Part shown: positions 1 through 8,582 of the stretch, piece by piece
Numbering within the stretch: position 1 is the first letter of the stretch
Layout: every line of letters begins with the position of its first letter
DNA from: an uncultured virus (IMG/VR IMGVR_UViG_3300010157_000038)
Lineage: Duplodnaviria; Heunggongvirae; Uroviricota; Caudoviricetes
Strand: one strand, 5' to 3'
Length of the DNA stretch: 57,386 bases
IMG/VR virus record: IMGVR_UViG_3300010157_000038
Program-made: the position numbers and the translations under genes
The notes under the pieces: model-generated
The model's database searches: none
Told to the model about the DNA's origin: nothing
Seen by the model: only the letters and a program-made list of their open reading frames with translations

Positions 1-2
1 GT

Positions 3-449
3 ATTCTTGACGGAAAGATGACTGTCTCCGTTAATGATAAAAATAGAAAAGTAAAGATTTGGACAATTACTGACGACCATGAACTAGATAATATTTTATA
101 TAAATCAGTTCATGTGAATCATCCATGTACAAAATGGACAATGGCGAGTATTGCAAATTACCAATGGCATTATAAGCATTTTACAGCATTATGTGAAGAG
201 TATAAATTTCGTTATGGAAAAATACATAAAACCGATAAGATGCTTAGAAATGTTCTTAGCAAAATTCCAATTAATATTTCAAGTTGCCCTCAAACGCAAT
301 TTCCTCTCGCAATGAAATCTAATCCTGAATGCATGAATCCAGATGATCCTGTTACTTCTTATAGATTATTTTATCAGACAAAACAACAGCGCTTTAAAAT
401 GAATTGGACTCATAGAAAAATGCCGGATTGGTTCATACGAACTGTATAA
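3..449 (+). CDS. Conserved T4-like phage protein, pyrimidine-dimer glycosylase-like; 5' truncated
   Basis: Frame open from window edge; HVNHPCTKW...ALCEEYKFRYGKIH and PQTQFPLAM motifs typical of this phage family. Confidence 0.6.
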   Translation: MLDGKMTVSVNDKNRKVKIWTITDDHELDNILYKSVHVNHPCTKWTMASIANYQWHYKHFTALCEEYKFRYGKIHKTDKMLRNVLSKIPINISSCPQTQFPLAMKSNPECMNPDDPVTSYRLFYQTKQQRFKMNWTHRKMPDWFIRTV

Positions 450-457
450 ATTATTTT

Positions 458-718
458 ATGCCTACATACGATTATACCTGTGAAGCCTGCGGTCATACAT
501 TTGATATGAATGTACAAGTAATGGAAAGAGATATTTTTGCTCAATCTACTCCATGTCCGGAATGTAAAAAGAAAAAATTAATTAGGGGAGTGTCTGCTGC
601 AGCTTTTCATTATGACCATGGAGTGTCTATACATAAGAGAGCTGGAGATGGCTGGAAAGAAGTTCAAGATAGAATTAAGGCTGGATCCGCTAAAAAGAAT
701 ACTATTACGACTAAATAA
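458..718 (+). CDS. FmdB-family zinc-ribbon protein
   Basis: MPTYDYTCEACG...CPEC; ATG at 458 preferred over upstream TTG. Confidence 0.8.
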   Translation: MPTYDYTCEACGHTFDMNVQVMERDIFAQSTPCPECKKKKLIRGVSAAAFHYDHGVSIHKRAGDGWKEVQDRIKAGSAKKNTITTK

Positions 719-730
719 TAAATAATACTA

Positions 731-1471
731 ATGGCTAAAAAACCTAAAGGTCAACAGAAGATAAAAATTCAACCGTCTGGACTTGGACTTGAGAATTTAA
801 AAGAAATAAGCCCTCTTACACTTATACAGAAAAAGGTATTTCAAGCTTTTAAAAAGAATAATAATCTTTGTTTATCTGGAAGCGCAGGTACTGGAAAGAC
901 TTTCATAGCCATGTATCTAGCATTAGAAGAGATACTCTCAGGCGAATCAAAGGCTGAAAAGGTGATAGTAGTTAGATCGATTGTTCCTACGAGAGACATT
1001 GGTTTCTTACCTGGCGATAGAGCTGAAAAAGAAGCTACATACTTGTATCCATACATTTCGATCTGCTCAGAATTATTTGCAGATCCTCAAGCATGGACAA
1101 AACTCTGTGCGAGGAAACAGATGGAATTCTTAACCACATCTTTTGTAAGAGGTATCACTCTTCGCAATTCTATCGTAATTGTAGACGAAATGCAGAATCT
1201 TACATTCCATGAACTAGATTCAATTATTACACGTTTAGGAGAAAATTGTCGATTGATCATGTGTGGAGATTATTACCAGAGTGACCTTGAAAAGAGCCGA
1301 GATAAATTAGGTATCATAGATTTCATGAAGATCATCGAGCAAATGAAGTACTTTCATTGCGCAGAATTCGGTTGGCAAGATATTGTAAGATCTGGCTTAG
1401 TCCGAGATTACATAATGACAAAAGAGCTAGTACAAAAAGAAAACACAGGTAATAAGAAAAACAATGAATAA
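731..1471 (+). CDS. phoH: PhoH-family ATPase
   Basis: GSAGTGKT Walker A, IGFLPG, RGITL, VDEMQN, GDYYQSD motifs. Confidence 0.95.
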   Translation: MAKKPKGQQKIKIQPSGLGLENLKEISPLTLIQKKVFQAFKKNNNLCLSGSAGTGKTFIAMYLALEEILSGESKAEKVIVVRSIVPTRDIGFLPGDRAEKEATYLYPYISICSELFADPQAWTKLCARKQMEFLTTSFVRGITLRNSIVIVDEMQNLTFHELDSIITRLGENCRLIMCGDYYQSDLEKSRDKLGIIDFMKIIEQMKYFHCAEFGWQDIVRSGLVRDYIMTKELVQKENTGNKKNNE

Positions 1472-1637
1472 GAAATTGCAAGAGGACAAAGAACTCGAGT
1501 TCAAGTTATTAGAAAAGAAACCAAACAAAAAGCTACCTAAACCACAGAGAGTAGCCGAAGATCGTCTGATGGAAAAGAGGCATATTCGTGTCACTGACAT
1601 CGAAGACATCATAGACGACGATGATATTTACTCATGA
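1464..1637 (+). CDS. Small hypothetical protein (57 aa)
   Basis: Hand-translated ORF MNKKLQEDK...DDIYS filling the gap between phoH and the exonuclease. Confidence 0.55.
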   Translation: MNKKLQEDKELEFKLLEKKPNKKLPKPQRVAEDRLMEKRHIRVTDIEDIIDDDDIYS

Positions 1638-2301
1638 TCCTATAAAGTTAGACTACGAAGATCTCCTTTGCGAAACAAAAGAGAGTGGCAGGACCTATGC
1701 TACACCTCAAGGCAAGAAATATCCTTCTATAACGACGGTGCTTGCAATACTTTCTGAAGGCTATATTCAGAGTTGGAGGAATCGAGTAGGTGAAGAAGAA
1801 GCAAATAGAATAAGTAGAAAGGCTTGCAATAGGGGAACTGCAGTACATACACTAGTTGAGAAATACATCAATAATGAAACATTGACAAATGAAGGAGTGA
1901 TGCCGGATGTATTTCAAAATTTTAAGTCTTTATCTGTTATTCTAGATAATAGACTAAATAACATTCGGCTTCAAGAAAAACCATTATATTCTGATCATTT
2001 AGGAGTTGCTGGAAGAGTTGATATCATCGGTGAATTTGATGGAAAACTGTCAATTGTCGATATTAAGACTTCTACTAAAAAGAAATCGCCTTCTAGTATT
2101 AAGAACTACTTCATGCAGGAAGCAGCCTATGCGATCATGTTTGAAGAGAGAACTGGTATACCAATTACACAACTTGTAACACTAATGGCAGTGGATTACG
2201 CAGAAGCTATCGTGTTTATAGAACATAGAGATAATTGGACAAAGGATCTAATTAATACGATATCTGATTATAGAAAAAGAAAACTTTTTGGTCACATTTA
2301 A
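1621..2301 (+). CDS. PD-(D/E)xK exonuclease of T4-like phages
   Basis: YPSITTVL, RGTAVH, AGRVD, IVDIKTS, YFMQEAAYA; usual phoH neighbour. Confidence 0.88.
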   Translation: MIFTHDPIKLDYEDLLCETKESGRTYATPQGKKYPSITTVLAILSEGYIQSWRNRVGEEEANRISRKACNRGTAVHTLVEKYINNETLTNEGVMPDVFQNFKSLSVILDNRLNNIRLQEKPLYSDHLGVAGRVDIIGEFDGKLSIVDIKTSTKKKSPSSIKNYFMQEAAYAIMFEERTGIPITQLVTLMAVDYAEAIVFIEHRDNWTKDLINTISDYRKRKLFGHI

Positions 2302-2321
2302 CTCGTATAGATAATATCAAC

Positions 2322-2924
2322 ATGAAACAAAAGACTCTCAATAATCCTATTTCGGAATTACTTGGTGGAAGTAAAAAACCTTCAGATAGTTTTACCGACA
2401 AGCCATTAGGTCATCTTCATGAATATTATATTTCAGGCGATATTGAGGAAGCATCAAAGTATACTGACTGGTTTAATCAGATTCGACACGCTTCATCTAT
2501 TGATTGCGTAAAGATTTACATCAATTCTTGTGGTGGAGATCTTTGGACTGCTATACAGTTTATGCGCGTATTGAAGGAGTGCAAAGCTACAATAATATCT
2601 TCAGTTGAAGGCGCTTGTATGTCTGCAGCCACAATTATATTTTTAACATCAGATCAGTATGAAATATCTCCGCACTCGATGTTTATGTTCCATAATTATT
2701 CAGGTGGAACTGTAGGTAAAGGAGGAGAAATGATTGATCAAATAAAGCATGAAAGAAAATGGTCGGAATGCTTATTTGAAGAGATTTATAACGACTTTCT
2801 TACTACTGAAGAGATTAAATCGATACTAGATAATAAAGATATATGGTTAAGTGCCGATCAAGTAGTCGTACGTTTAAATAAACGCTTAAAGAAGCGCGAG
2901 TCTAAACATGGTAAAAAGGGGTAG
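2322..2924 (+). CDS. ClpP-like protease subunit
   Basis: IYINSCGG, GACMSAA (catalytic Ser), MFH (His), DIWLSA motifs. Confidence 0.85.
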   Translation: MKQKTLNNPISELLGGSKKPSDSFTDKPLGHLHEYYISGDIEEASKYTDWFNQIRHASSIDCVKIYINSCGGDLWTAIQFMRVLKECKATIISSVEGACMSAATIIFLTSDQYEISPHSMFMFHNYSGGTVGKGGEMIDQIKHERKWSECLFEEIYNDFLTTEEIKSILDNKDIWLSADQVVVRLNKRLKKRESKHGKKG

Positions 2925-2929
2925 TTTCA

Positions 2930-2998
2930 TAAGTTGTTGATAACCAACAACTTAGATTTTTCATATTGTTGTACATATTCTACGGAATATTGTAATAT
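2930..2998 (+). promoter_or_regulatory. Palindrome-associated sigma70-like promoter, copy 1
   Basis: TAAGTTGTTG-ATAAC-CAACAACTTA (2930-2954), TGTACA 2970-2975, 17 nt, TAATAT 2993-2998, ATG 6 nt later. Confidence 0.75.
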
Positions 2999-3004
2999 CT
3001 AGAT

Positions 3005-3319
3005 ATGAAAATCATTCATAATACTAATATTACTAAACGTTCTTCTCGCACTACAGCTTACGTATTTACGGCAGATCCTCTCTGCGCAGACGATATGTTT
3101 CGGATTGACTTAGTTCGTAAGTCAATATCGGCAGCCAATGCTATTGCTAAACGTATTGCTTCTTATACTAATACTATACCAAAGCTATATAGGGTCAGTG
3201 TAAAAGGCAGGCTCGGTAAGAATAATCCAGCATCATCTAATTATCATTACTTTCAGATGGGCGGAATTCGCATGGCAGATGCTTCTCGCTATGATGTCTA
3301 TATTCACGAAAAGCGTTAA
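3005..3319 (+). CDS. Hypothetical early protein
   Basis: 104-aa ORF directly after promoter; its 3' end forms repeat R1. Confidence 0.75.
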   Translation: MKIIHNTNITKRSSRTTAYVFTADPLCADDMFRIDLVRKSISAANAIAKRIASYTNTIPKLYRVSVKGRLGKNNPASSNYHYFQMGGIRMADASRYDVYIHEKR

Positions 3320-3360
3320 CACGAATAGCGCAATAAATGTAACAATAAGCAACTAATATG
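3265..3360 (+). repeat. Direct repeat R1 (96 bp, ends in ATG)
   Basis: Ungapped alignment with 3595-3690, 82/96 identical by hand count. Confidence 0.92.
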
Positions 3361-3576
3361 AATACCATAACAGAATACAATGTAGGTGATGATGTTAGCT
3401 ACGGCATCAATAATGATAGTTATTATGCAGGTAAGATTATTCGCATTACAAAGAAGTTTATCTTTACAGAAAGTGGTAAGAAGTTTACTAAGATCGGCGA
3501 CAACTATCGTATGACTGGTCTCCGCTCTTGCTGGATGTCTAAAGGTCGTAAAGAGTACTGGGATCCGCATTTTTAG
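3358..3576 (+). CDS. Small hypothetical protein (72 aa)
   Basis: ATG supplied by R1; ends EYWDPHF. Confidence 0.75.
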   Translation: MNTITEYNVGDDVSYGINNDSYYAGKIIRITKKFIFTESGKKFTKIGDNYRMTGLRSCWMSKGRKEYWDPHF

Positions 3577-3594
3577 AGTTGCCTAGAAGAGGCC

Positions 3595-3690
3595 AATTCA
3601 CATGACGAATGCTTCTTGCTATGACGTCTATATTCACACAAAGCTTTAACACGAATACTATAATAACTGTAACAATAAGCAACTAATATG
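3595..3690 (+). repeat. Direct repeat R2
   Basis: Copy of R1 at 330-bp offset, ends in ATG. Confidence 0.92.
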
Positions 3691-3864
3691 AGAATTGAGC
3701 CGACACCTACCGACGCTACGCCACTACCGGCTAAGCGTATGACTAAAGAAGACTATGTAAAGTACTATGAAGAAAAGTTAGCTGCACTGATAGCGGCTAA
3801 TGCCTCTAAATCAGAGATCAATTGGATGATGCAACGATTGGCTAGATGGAGAGGTAGTAGATGA
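3688..3864 (+). CDS. Small hypothetical protein (58 aa)
   Basis: Hand-translated MRIEPTPTDATPLP...RWRGSR; ATG supplied by R2. Confidence 0.7.
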   Translation: MRIEPTPTDATPLPAKRMTKEDYVKYYEEKLAALIAANASKSEINWMMQRLARWRGSR

Positions 3865-3926
3865 TTCTCGCTGCTGCTGCTGCTATGGTGTCTATATTCA
3901 CAAAAAGCGCTAAAATAAACTAAATG
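3859..3926 (+). repeat. Degenerate direct repeat R3 with (GCT)n expansion
   Basis: AGATGATTCTCGCT(GCT)4ATGGTGTCTATATTCACAAAAAGCGCTAA matches R1 core; ends at ATG 3924. Confidence 0.85.
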
Positions 3927-4391
3927 TCATTCACAAGTCTTAATTCTGCTACTCCAAAAATAAAACAAACTATTACCAGAGAATACAATAATGGTAAAAG
4001 CATGCGTAAAATTGAAAAAGATTATAATATTAGTAGATCCATTATATGGAATGTTTTAGGTAAACGAGGTCTTTTAAATGCAGTTCCACGAAAACTAACT
4101 CTTGAAAAGACCCTAGAACTAATTGCCAAATATAAAAATGGTTCAAGGCTGAAGGAATTAATGTGGGATTACAATTTAACCATGAATGCTATTTATGGTA
4201 TATTGTTAAAAAGTAATACACCTATAAAGACCTCTGAAGAAAGATATAAAGCAGTACTAAAAGATTATCAAAGCGGAATGCTTAAAGAACAAGTAATAGA
4301 AAAGCATAGAATTTGTTTACGAACTCTACGCAATATATTAAATCGGGCTAATTGCCCATGGAAAGAATTAGAATTAAATCAATTAAAGTAA
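3924..4391 (+). CDS. Protein with three HTH-like repeats
   Basis: Three Y-x-x-G...(I/L)-x-x-(I/V)L units: YNNG...IWNVL, YKNG...IYGIL, YQSG...LRNIL. Confidence 0.65.
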   Translation: MSFTSLNSATPKIKQTITREYNNGKSMRKIEKDYNISRSIIWNVLGKRGLLNAVPRKLTLEKTLELIAKYKNGSRLKELMWDYNLTMNAIYGILLKSNTPIKTSEERYKAVLKDYQSGMLKEQVIEKHRICLRTLRNILNRANCPWKELELNQLK

Positions 4392-4406
4392 TCACTATTT
4401 TTGGAT

Positions 4407-4640
4407 ATGAATAACATTACTCAGCAACAACGAACACAGAAATTGATAGAGATGGGTTTCTTACCTGATCCAAATTATGTGCCTCGAGAGAAATCCATGA
4501 ATCGCTTTGGAGTCATGATCTGGGACCATAAGACTGGAGGGCACTGCCAGGTGCTCAACGGTGAAAGCTATAAGATAGCTCGAAAATACAACGCGCCTCG
4601 AAAGGGATTCTCTTCTGTAGTAAAATCTATCATAGGCTAA
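4407..4640 (+). CDS. Hypothetical protein
   Basis: ORF in operon; ATG at 4407. Confidence 0.6.
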   Translation: MNNITQQQRTQKLIEMGFLPDPNYVPREKSMNRFGVMIWDHKTGGHCQVLNGESYKIARKYNAPRKGFSSVVKSIIG

Positions 4641-4645
4641 TACTC

Positions 4646-4954
4646 ATGCAAATATCTAAAATGACTTTGGGTGAGTATACATCCAAATATCCAGCAAATA
4701 AATCACGAGGTAAGTTTCACAACATACGAATTGATGCTCGTAAGGTGATGAAAGATAACAACGTACCTTATTCTTGTAAGGTGTGTGGTTATTCGACGTA
4801 TGTTGAGGCGTGCCATGTGAAAGCAATAGCTGACTTTGCGCTAGAAGTAAAAGTAGAAGAGGTCAATTCGTTAAAGAATCTAGTCTTCTTATGCCCTAAT
4901 CATCATAAAGAATTTGATCGTGGAATAAGTGCATTTAAGCTTTTTGATATATAG
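4646..4954 (+). CDS. HNH endonuclease
   Basis: CKVCG...EACH...NLVFLCPNHHKEFD. Confidence 0.85.
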   Translation: MQISKMTLGEYTSKYPANKSRGKFHNIRIDARKVMKDNNVPYSCKVCGYSTYVEACHVKAIADFALEVKVEEVNSLKNLVFLCPNHHKEFDRGISAFKLFDI

Positions 4955-4984
4955 TATCATGACACAATCAATACTACAATATTA

Positions 4985-5620
4985 ATGAGTAGCTCAACAT
5001 CTACCGATACTAATTATCTCTCATACGCGTGCGATACGCAAGGCGATGGCGCTTGGTCGCTTAATGCCGGAAGCCCTAATATTACACAGGTCCCAACGCC
5101 AACCGATAACTCTACTGCATTTTTACCTACAAATCCAACATCATACGCAAGTATTCTTAAGTTGGCAGACAGAGCTAATATAACGCTCACGAATCTTGTT
5201 GTAGATCAAGGAGTAGAATGTTCAGTAGACGTCAATAACAATGTCACTGCAACTATCTCTGGAGTATTTGGTAACTCAACTTTAGGAATAGGTAATCAGA
5301 TCATTAGCGTTAAGGGAAGCAGCAATCTTTTTATACAAGGAACACTTAAAGGTTCTGGAAATAGATTAAACGCAGACATTCTTGTCGACAATTGGTCAGA
5401 TCAAAGCTATGGTGGTAGTACTGTAGATCTATCTGCGGCAAAGCATGAAACTGGAAGAAAACTGAATGTAGTCTATCGCATAGGTTATAGCAAGATAACT
5501 GGTGATTGCAATAAACTTATTTTTCAATCCATTGGACTAACAGCATATTTCTTTGTAAAGCTCTTTGTACGTACAGTTATGAGAATTAAAGTTGGTACTA
5601 AAGGACCTAGTTGGATTTAA
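4985..5620 (+). CDS. Hypothetical beta-rich protein with hydrophobic/basic C-terminus
   Basis: 211-aa ORF, N/G/S/T-rich. Confidence 0.65.
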   Translation: MSSSTSTDTNYLSYACDTQGDGAWSLNAGSPNITQVPTPTDNSTAFLPTNPTSYASILKLADRANITLTNLVVDQGVECSVDVNNNVTATISGVFGNSTLGIGNQIISVKGSSNLFIQGTLKGSGNRLNADILVDNWSDQSYGGSTVDLSAAKHETGRKLNVVYRIGYSKITGDCNKLIFQSIGLTAYFFVKLFVRTVMRIKVGTKGPSWI

Positions 5621-5663
5621 AGTAGGACAAAAAGAATTTTTAGAGCGGAAAACTAGTAGATAT

Positions 5664-5737
5664 TGGCCTGTGGTGTAATGGTAGCACAAGCGACTTTGAC
5701 TCGCTTAGTTTTGGTTCGATCCCAAGCAGGCCAGCCA
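5664..5737 (+). tRNA. tRNA-Gln(TTG)
   Basis: TGGCCTG/CAGGCCA acceptor, AGCGA-CTTTGAC-TCGCT anticodon arm, GGTTCGATCC, encoded CCA. Confidence 0.95.
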
Positions 5738-6376
5738 CTAAGATCTCTTAATAATCTTAATGGCTTCAGAAATAGCAGCAATTAATGTAGCTTCTCTACG
5801 ATACATCGGTTGAGAGTGTGGTACTTCAATAGTGAAAGCGTCCACTGCATGATTAGCTAAAAATATTGCTTCTGTCTCGTGTTCTTCTTTATAGCGAACT
5901 TCGCGGGCAATACCTGGTTCTATGAATAAATCTTTATGTCTGGTATCTAAAGGCATCACCACGTTCATTGCCTTCAATATTCTTTCCATAACAAGAAAGT
6001 TTTTATTTGCATTGGGTTTATAGATGTAGACTCCATTAGATTCAGACGCTTCATGAAAACATAAAGCAATGTCATAATCAAATTCAATCAGTTTTACGTG
6101 ATTCTGTGTTTCTTTCTCTTTCTGATCAGAAAAGTCTCTGTTCAAATCTACATCGTTCTCGTTATGTCTCTGGTTATGTTCTCTACCGTAAGGATTTAAG
6201 ATAGGAAAAATAGTAACATCTATGCCTTGAAACAATTCAGTGTTGTTCAACAGTCTCATTAAAGTATAAGGCCCAGATGTCTCATCGCCGTGTATTCCTG
6301 AACTAAGATAGAGTTTTGGAGCTCTTTCTATTTTCTGTCTGAAACAATACGGCGAATTTGATATCTGGGTAATCAT
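5738..6376 (-). CDS. M14-family zinc carboxypeptidase (MpaA/desuccinylase-like)
   Basis: GIHGDE, NPYG, DLNRDF, CFHE, FTIE motifs. Confidence 0.85.
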   Translation of the reverse strand: MITQISNSPYCFRQKIERAPKLYLSSGIHGDETSGPYTLMRLLNNTELFQGIDVTIFPILNPYGREHNQRHNENDVDLNRDFSDQKEKETQNHVKLIEFDYDIALCFHEASESNGVYIYKPNANKNFLVMERILKAMNVVMPLDTRHKDLFIEPGIAREVRYKEEHETEAIFLANHAVDAFTIEVPHSQPMYRREATLIAAISEAIKIIKRS

Positions 6377-6381
6377 GTTTT

Positions 6382-6389
6382 TATTTATT
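6382..6389 (-). promoter_or_regulatory. T4-type late promoter variant (AATAAATA)
   Basis: Just upstream of the M14 start codon. Confidence 0.5.
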
Positions 6390-6457
6390 AAATGTACAAG
6401 TAAGGAAAAGCAATTATATATATTAGTTTTAACAATATTTGTAAGAATAACTCAAGT

Positions 6458-6532
6458 GCGGGCGTAGCTTAATGGCGAAGCATCACTTTTCCAAAGTGAA
6501 TATTGCAGGTTCGAGTCCTGTCGCCCGCTCCA
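6458..6532 (+). tRNA. tRNA-Gly(TCC)
   Basis: GCGGGCG/CGCCCGC acceptor, TCACT-TTTCCAA-AGTGA anticodon arm, GGTTCGAGTCC, TCCA end. Confidence 0.95.
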
Positions 6533-6539
6533 TATTATT

Positions 6540-7061
6540 ATGAAAGAAATAGCTCACGTTTTAGGAAATGGTCCTTCCAGAAAAGATTTTATAAACTCGC
6601 CAGACGGCGACATCTATGGCTGTAATCTCTCAGACTTCGCTCTTCCGCTGACGGCGTCGTTCATCATGGACAAAGTGGCGATCGATCACATTCACAATAA
6701 TAAAGTGAAACTTCCGTGGCCTATAATTCTTCCATGGGCGCTTGATCGAATTGCAGCAGAATGTCCATACCCACCGAAAGTAATCGACAAATTAGATACA
6801 GTTTTAAAGAATGGAGAATCTACTGGTCACTACGCAGTAGGATATTGCATAAGGCGTTATAGAGAGGTGCATCTATGGGGATTCGATGCATTTAAGAAAG
6901 ATAGTATAGAGTCAGATTCGCATGTAAAAATACCTGAAGGACCTAAATCAGAAAAAAACTATATTGCTTGGAGAGGTAACTGGAAAAAACTCTTAAATAC
7001 AAATTCCGCAAAACAATCTAAGTTACTTCTTCATTATCAATCAGAAATAATTCCTCTTTAG
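6540..7061 (+). CDS. Rossmann-like protein resembling Maf/sialyltransferase-type folds
   Basis: VLGNGPS...YGCN...STG...VHLWGFD pattern. Confidence 0.55.
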   Translation: MKEIAHVLGNGPSRKDFINSPDGDIYGCNLSDFALPLTASFIMDKVAIDHIHNNKVKLPWPIILPWALDRIAAECPYPPKVIDKLDTVLKNGESTGHYAVGYCIRRYREVHLWGFDAFKKDSIESDSHVKIPEGPKSEKNYIAWRGNWKKLLNTNSAKQSKLLLHYQSEIIPL

Positions 7062-7106
7062 TTACAGTATATATAGATTAGTAATAAGTTATTTGATATA
7101 TTTTAT

Positions 7107-7230
7107 AGGGACTCTGTCACCAAAAGCAAATAAGCGGAGTCGACCCGCACATAGCGTAGGTTTGAGTGTGAGACGAATCATAGCACCCAATTATGATTAT
7201 TTGAAGGTTCGAGTCCTTCAGTCCCTGCCA
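7107..7230 (+). ncRNA. tRNA-like RNA, 124 nt, non-canonical core
   Basis: AGGGACT/AGTCCCT acceptor stem + G + CCA; T arm GAAGG-TTCGAGT-CCTTC; 8-bp arm with 7-nt loop at 7176-7198; no normal D arm. Confidence 0.75.
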
Positions 7231-7242
7231 ATTTTTTTAAAT

Positions 7243-7318
<76 letters not shown>

Positions 7319-7451
7319 TTTTATCCGTCTCAGTAGCGTAAAGCTCTAGTTTTTATGCTATATTGGGCCTTTTCTGATACATAATGCACAAAATCTAACC
7401 ATGATTGCTTGAAAAAAACGAACTCTATTTTTAACCAAAAACTAAAAAACA

Positions 7452-7487
7452 TATAAATAGATACTCCAATAATTATCTTTATAAATA
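7452..7487 (+). promoter_or_regulatory. Two tandem T4-type late promoters
   Basis: TATAAATA at 7452-7459 and 7480-7487. Confidence 0.75.
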
Positions 7488-7554
7488 GACAATAAGTACA
7501 TTTTTAACCTTTTGATGGCCAGTAGCGCTGTCATTTAGAACACAAACACAAACT

Positions 7555-8226
7555 ATGAAAAAACTATTAACACTGTTAGTCGCAATCGCTAGTTTCCTCA
7601 CAGTCAGCGCTTCAGCTCAAGAAGTTACAGCTAACGTAGGATATCAATCAAAACAGATCGAATTCGGTCAAGTAATTGACTCGAAAGGATCCTTCAATGT
7701 TGGAGCAAATGTCGCTGCCTACAATTTTGATCTAGGATTAAATGCTAAAAATTACGTAAGTAATCTTAAAGACAAAGTAGCACGTATTGATGTATTAGCT
7801 GATTATGCTTTTACAGCTCCTATTGCTGATCTTAAAGTAGGTATGGACTTAGCTTATCTAAGACATCCAGCTTTAAATGATGTAAAATATCATCCGCGCC
7901 CTTTTGTTTACTTCGGTAAAGATTTCTTAAATGTAGTAGCAAACTATGACACAAAGTCAGAACTCGCTAACATAGAAGTTAATGCTTCCAAGACTTTCCC
8001 TCTTTATGGAGCTATTGGTTTAAAGCCTGGAGTATTCGTTGGTTATACTGACGTATCAAACGAACTTCCAAAGTCTGTTAAATCTATCCAATACAAGAAT
8101 GGATACCTCGGTGGTTCTATGTCATTAGTATTCAAAGGCTTATCCGTAGGAGCAGAGGCTCTTCACAACGGTAAACTCAATGCTAATACATTAGCTTGGA
8201 ACGCAGGTTATTCCTTAAAGTTCTAA
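7555..8226 (+). CDS. Outer-membrane beta-barrel (porin-like) protein
   Basis: Sec signal ending ASA, amphipathic strands, C-terminal WNAGYSLKF signature. Confidence 0.75.
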   Translation: MKKLLTLLVAIASFLTVSASAQEVTANVGYQSKQIEFGQVIDSKGSFNVGANVAAYNFDLGLNAKNYVSNLKDKVARIDVLADYAFTAPIADLKVGMDLAYLRHPALNDVKYHPRPFVYFGKDFLNVVANYDTKSELANIEVNASKTFPLYGAIGLKPGVFVGYTDVSNELPKSVKSIQYKNGYLGGSMSLVFKGLSVGAEALHNGKLNANTLAWNAGYSLKF

Positions 8227-8231
8227 TTTAA

Positions 8232-8264
8232 ATTCAAGCCTTTCGAGGCTTGAATCGTTCTTTT
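8232..8264 (+). terminator. Hairpin/terminator after barrel gene
   Basis: ATTCAAGCCT-TTCG-AGGCTTGAAT then T-rich tail. Confidence 0.65.
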
Positions 8265-8386
8265 CCAGTTCAGTTAAACTTACGGGCTCTTAGCTTAATA
8301 GGCTAAGAGCTATATGAATTGCTGGTGATATTATCCAGCTCAATAACCAAAGTCTTAGACTGAGGTTCTAAAAAGAAAGACACAAT

Positions 8387-8560
8387 ATGTACATCCTTCT
8401 CACAAGGACTGCTTACCTATTTGTTGCCTGCTTTATTGGACTCGCAGCCGAGGAATATAAGATAGGTTTCGGTATACGTAAGTTCATTAGAAGTAAATGG
8501 CCAAAGATTAAGGAAACACTCATTGAAGCGTTTTCTTATCCTTACAAACCATTCTTTTAA
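8387..8560 (+). CDS. Small hydrophobic peptide (57 aa)
   Basis: Hand-translated MYILLTRTAYLFVACFIGLAAEEY...YKPFF, followed by terminator. Confidence 0.6.
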   Translation: MYILLTRTAYLFVACFIGLAAEEYKIGFGIRKFIRSKWPKIKETLIEAFSYPYKPFF

Positions 8561-8582
8561 TTAAAATAAGTAAGAATACAAC

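Noticed and set aside
1621..2301. Cas4-like nuclease implying CRISPR
   Set aside because: No Fe-S cysteine cluster; ordinary T4-like exonuclease next to phoH
3265..3926. R1-R3 as a CRISPR array or DGR TR/VR pair
   Set aside because: Repeats too long, spacers are whole ORFs, no cas or reverse transcriptase gene in the window, mismatches not adenine-specific
7326..7345. GTCTCAGTAGCGTAA, tRNA-start-like
   Set aside because: Too short, no downstream cloverleaf
8284..8310. Looks like the 5' half of a tRNA (GGGCTCTTAGCTTAATAGGCTAAGAGC)
   Set aside because: No anticodon arm, T arm or matching 3' acceptor strand found; treated as a hairpin or remnant
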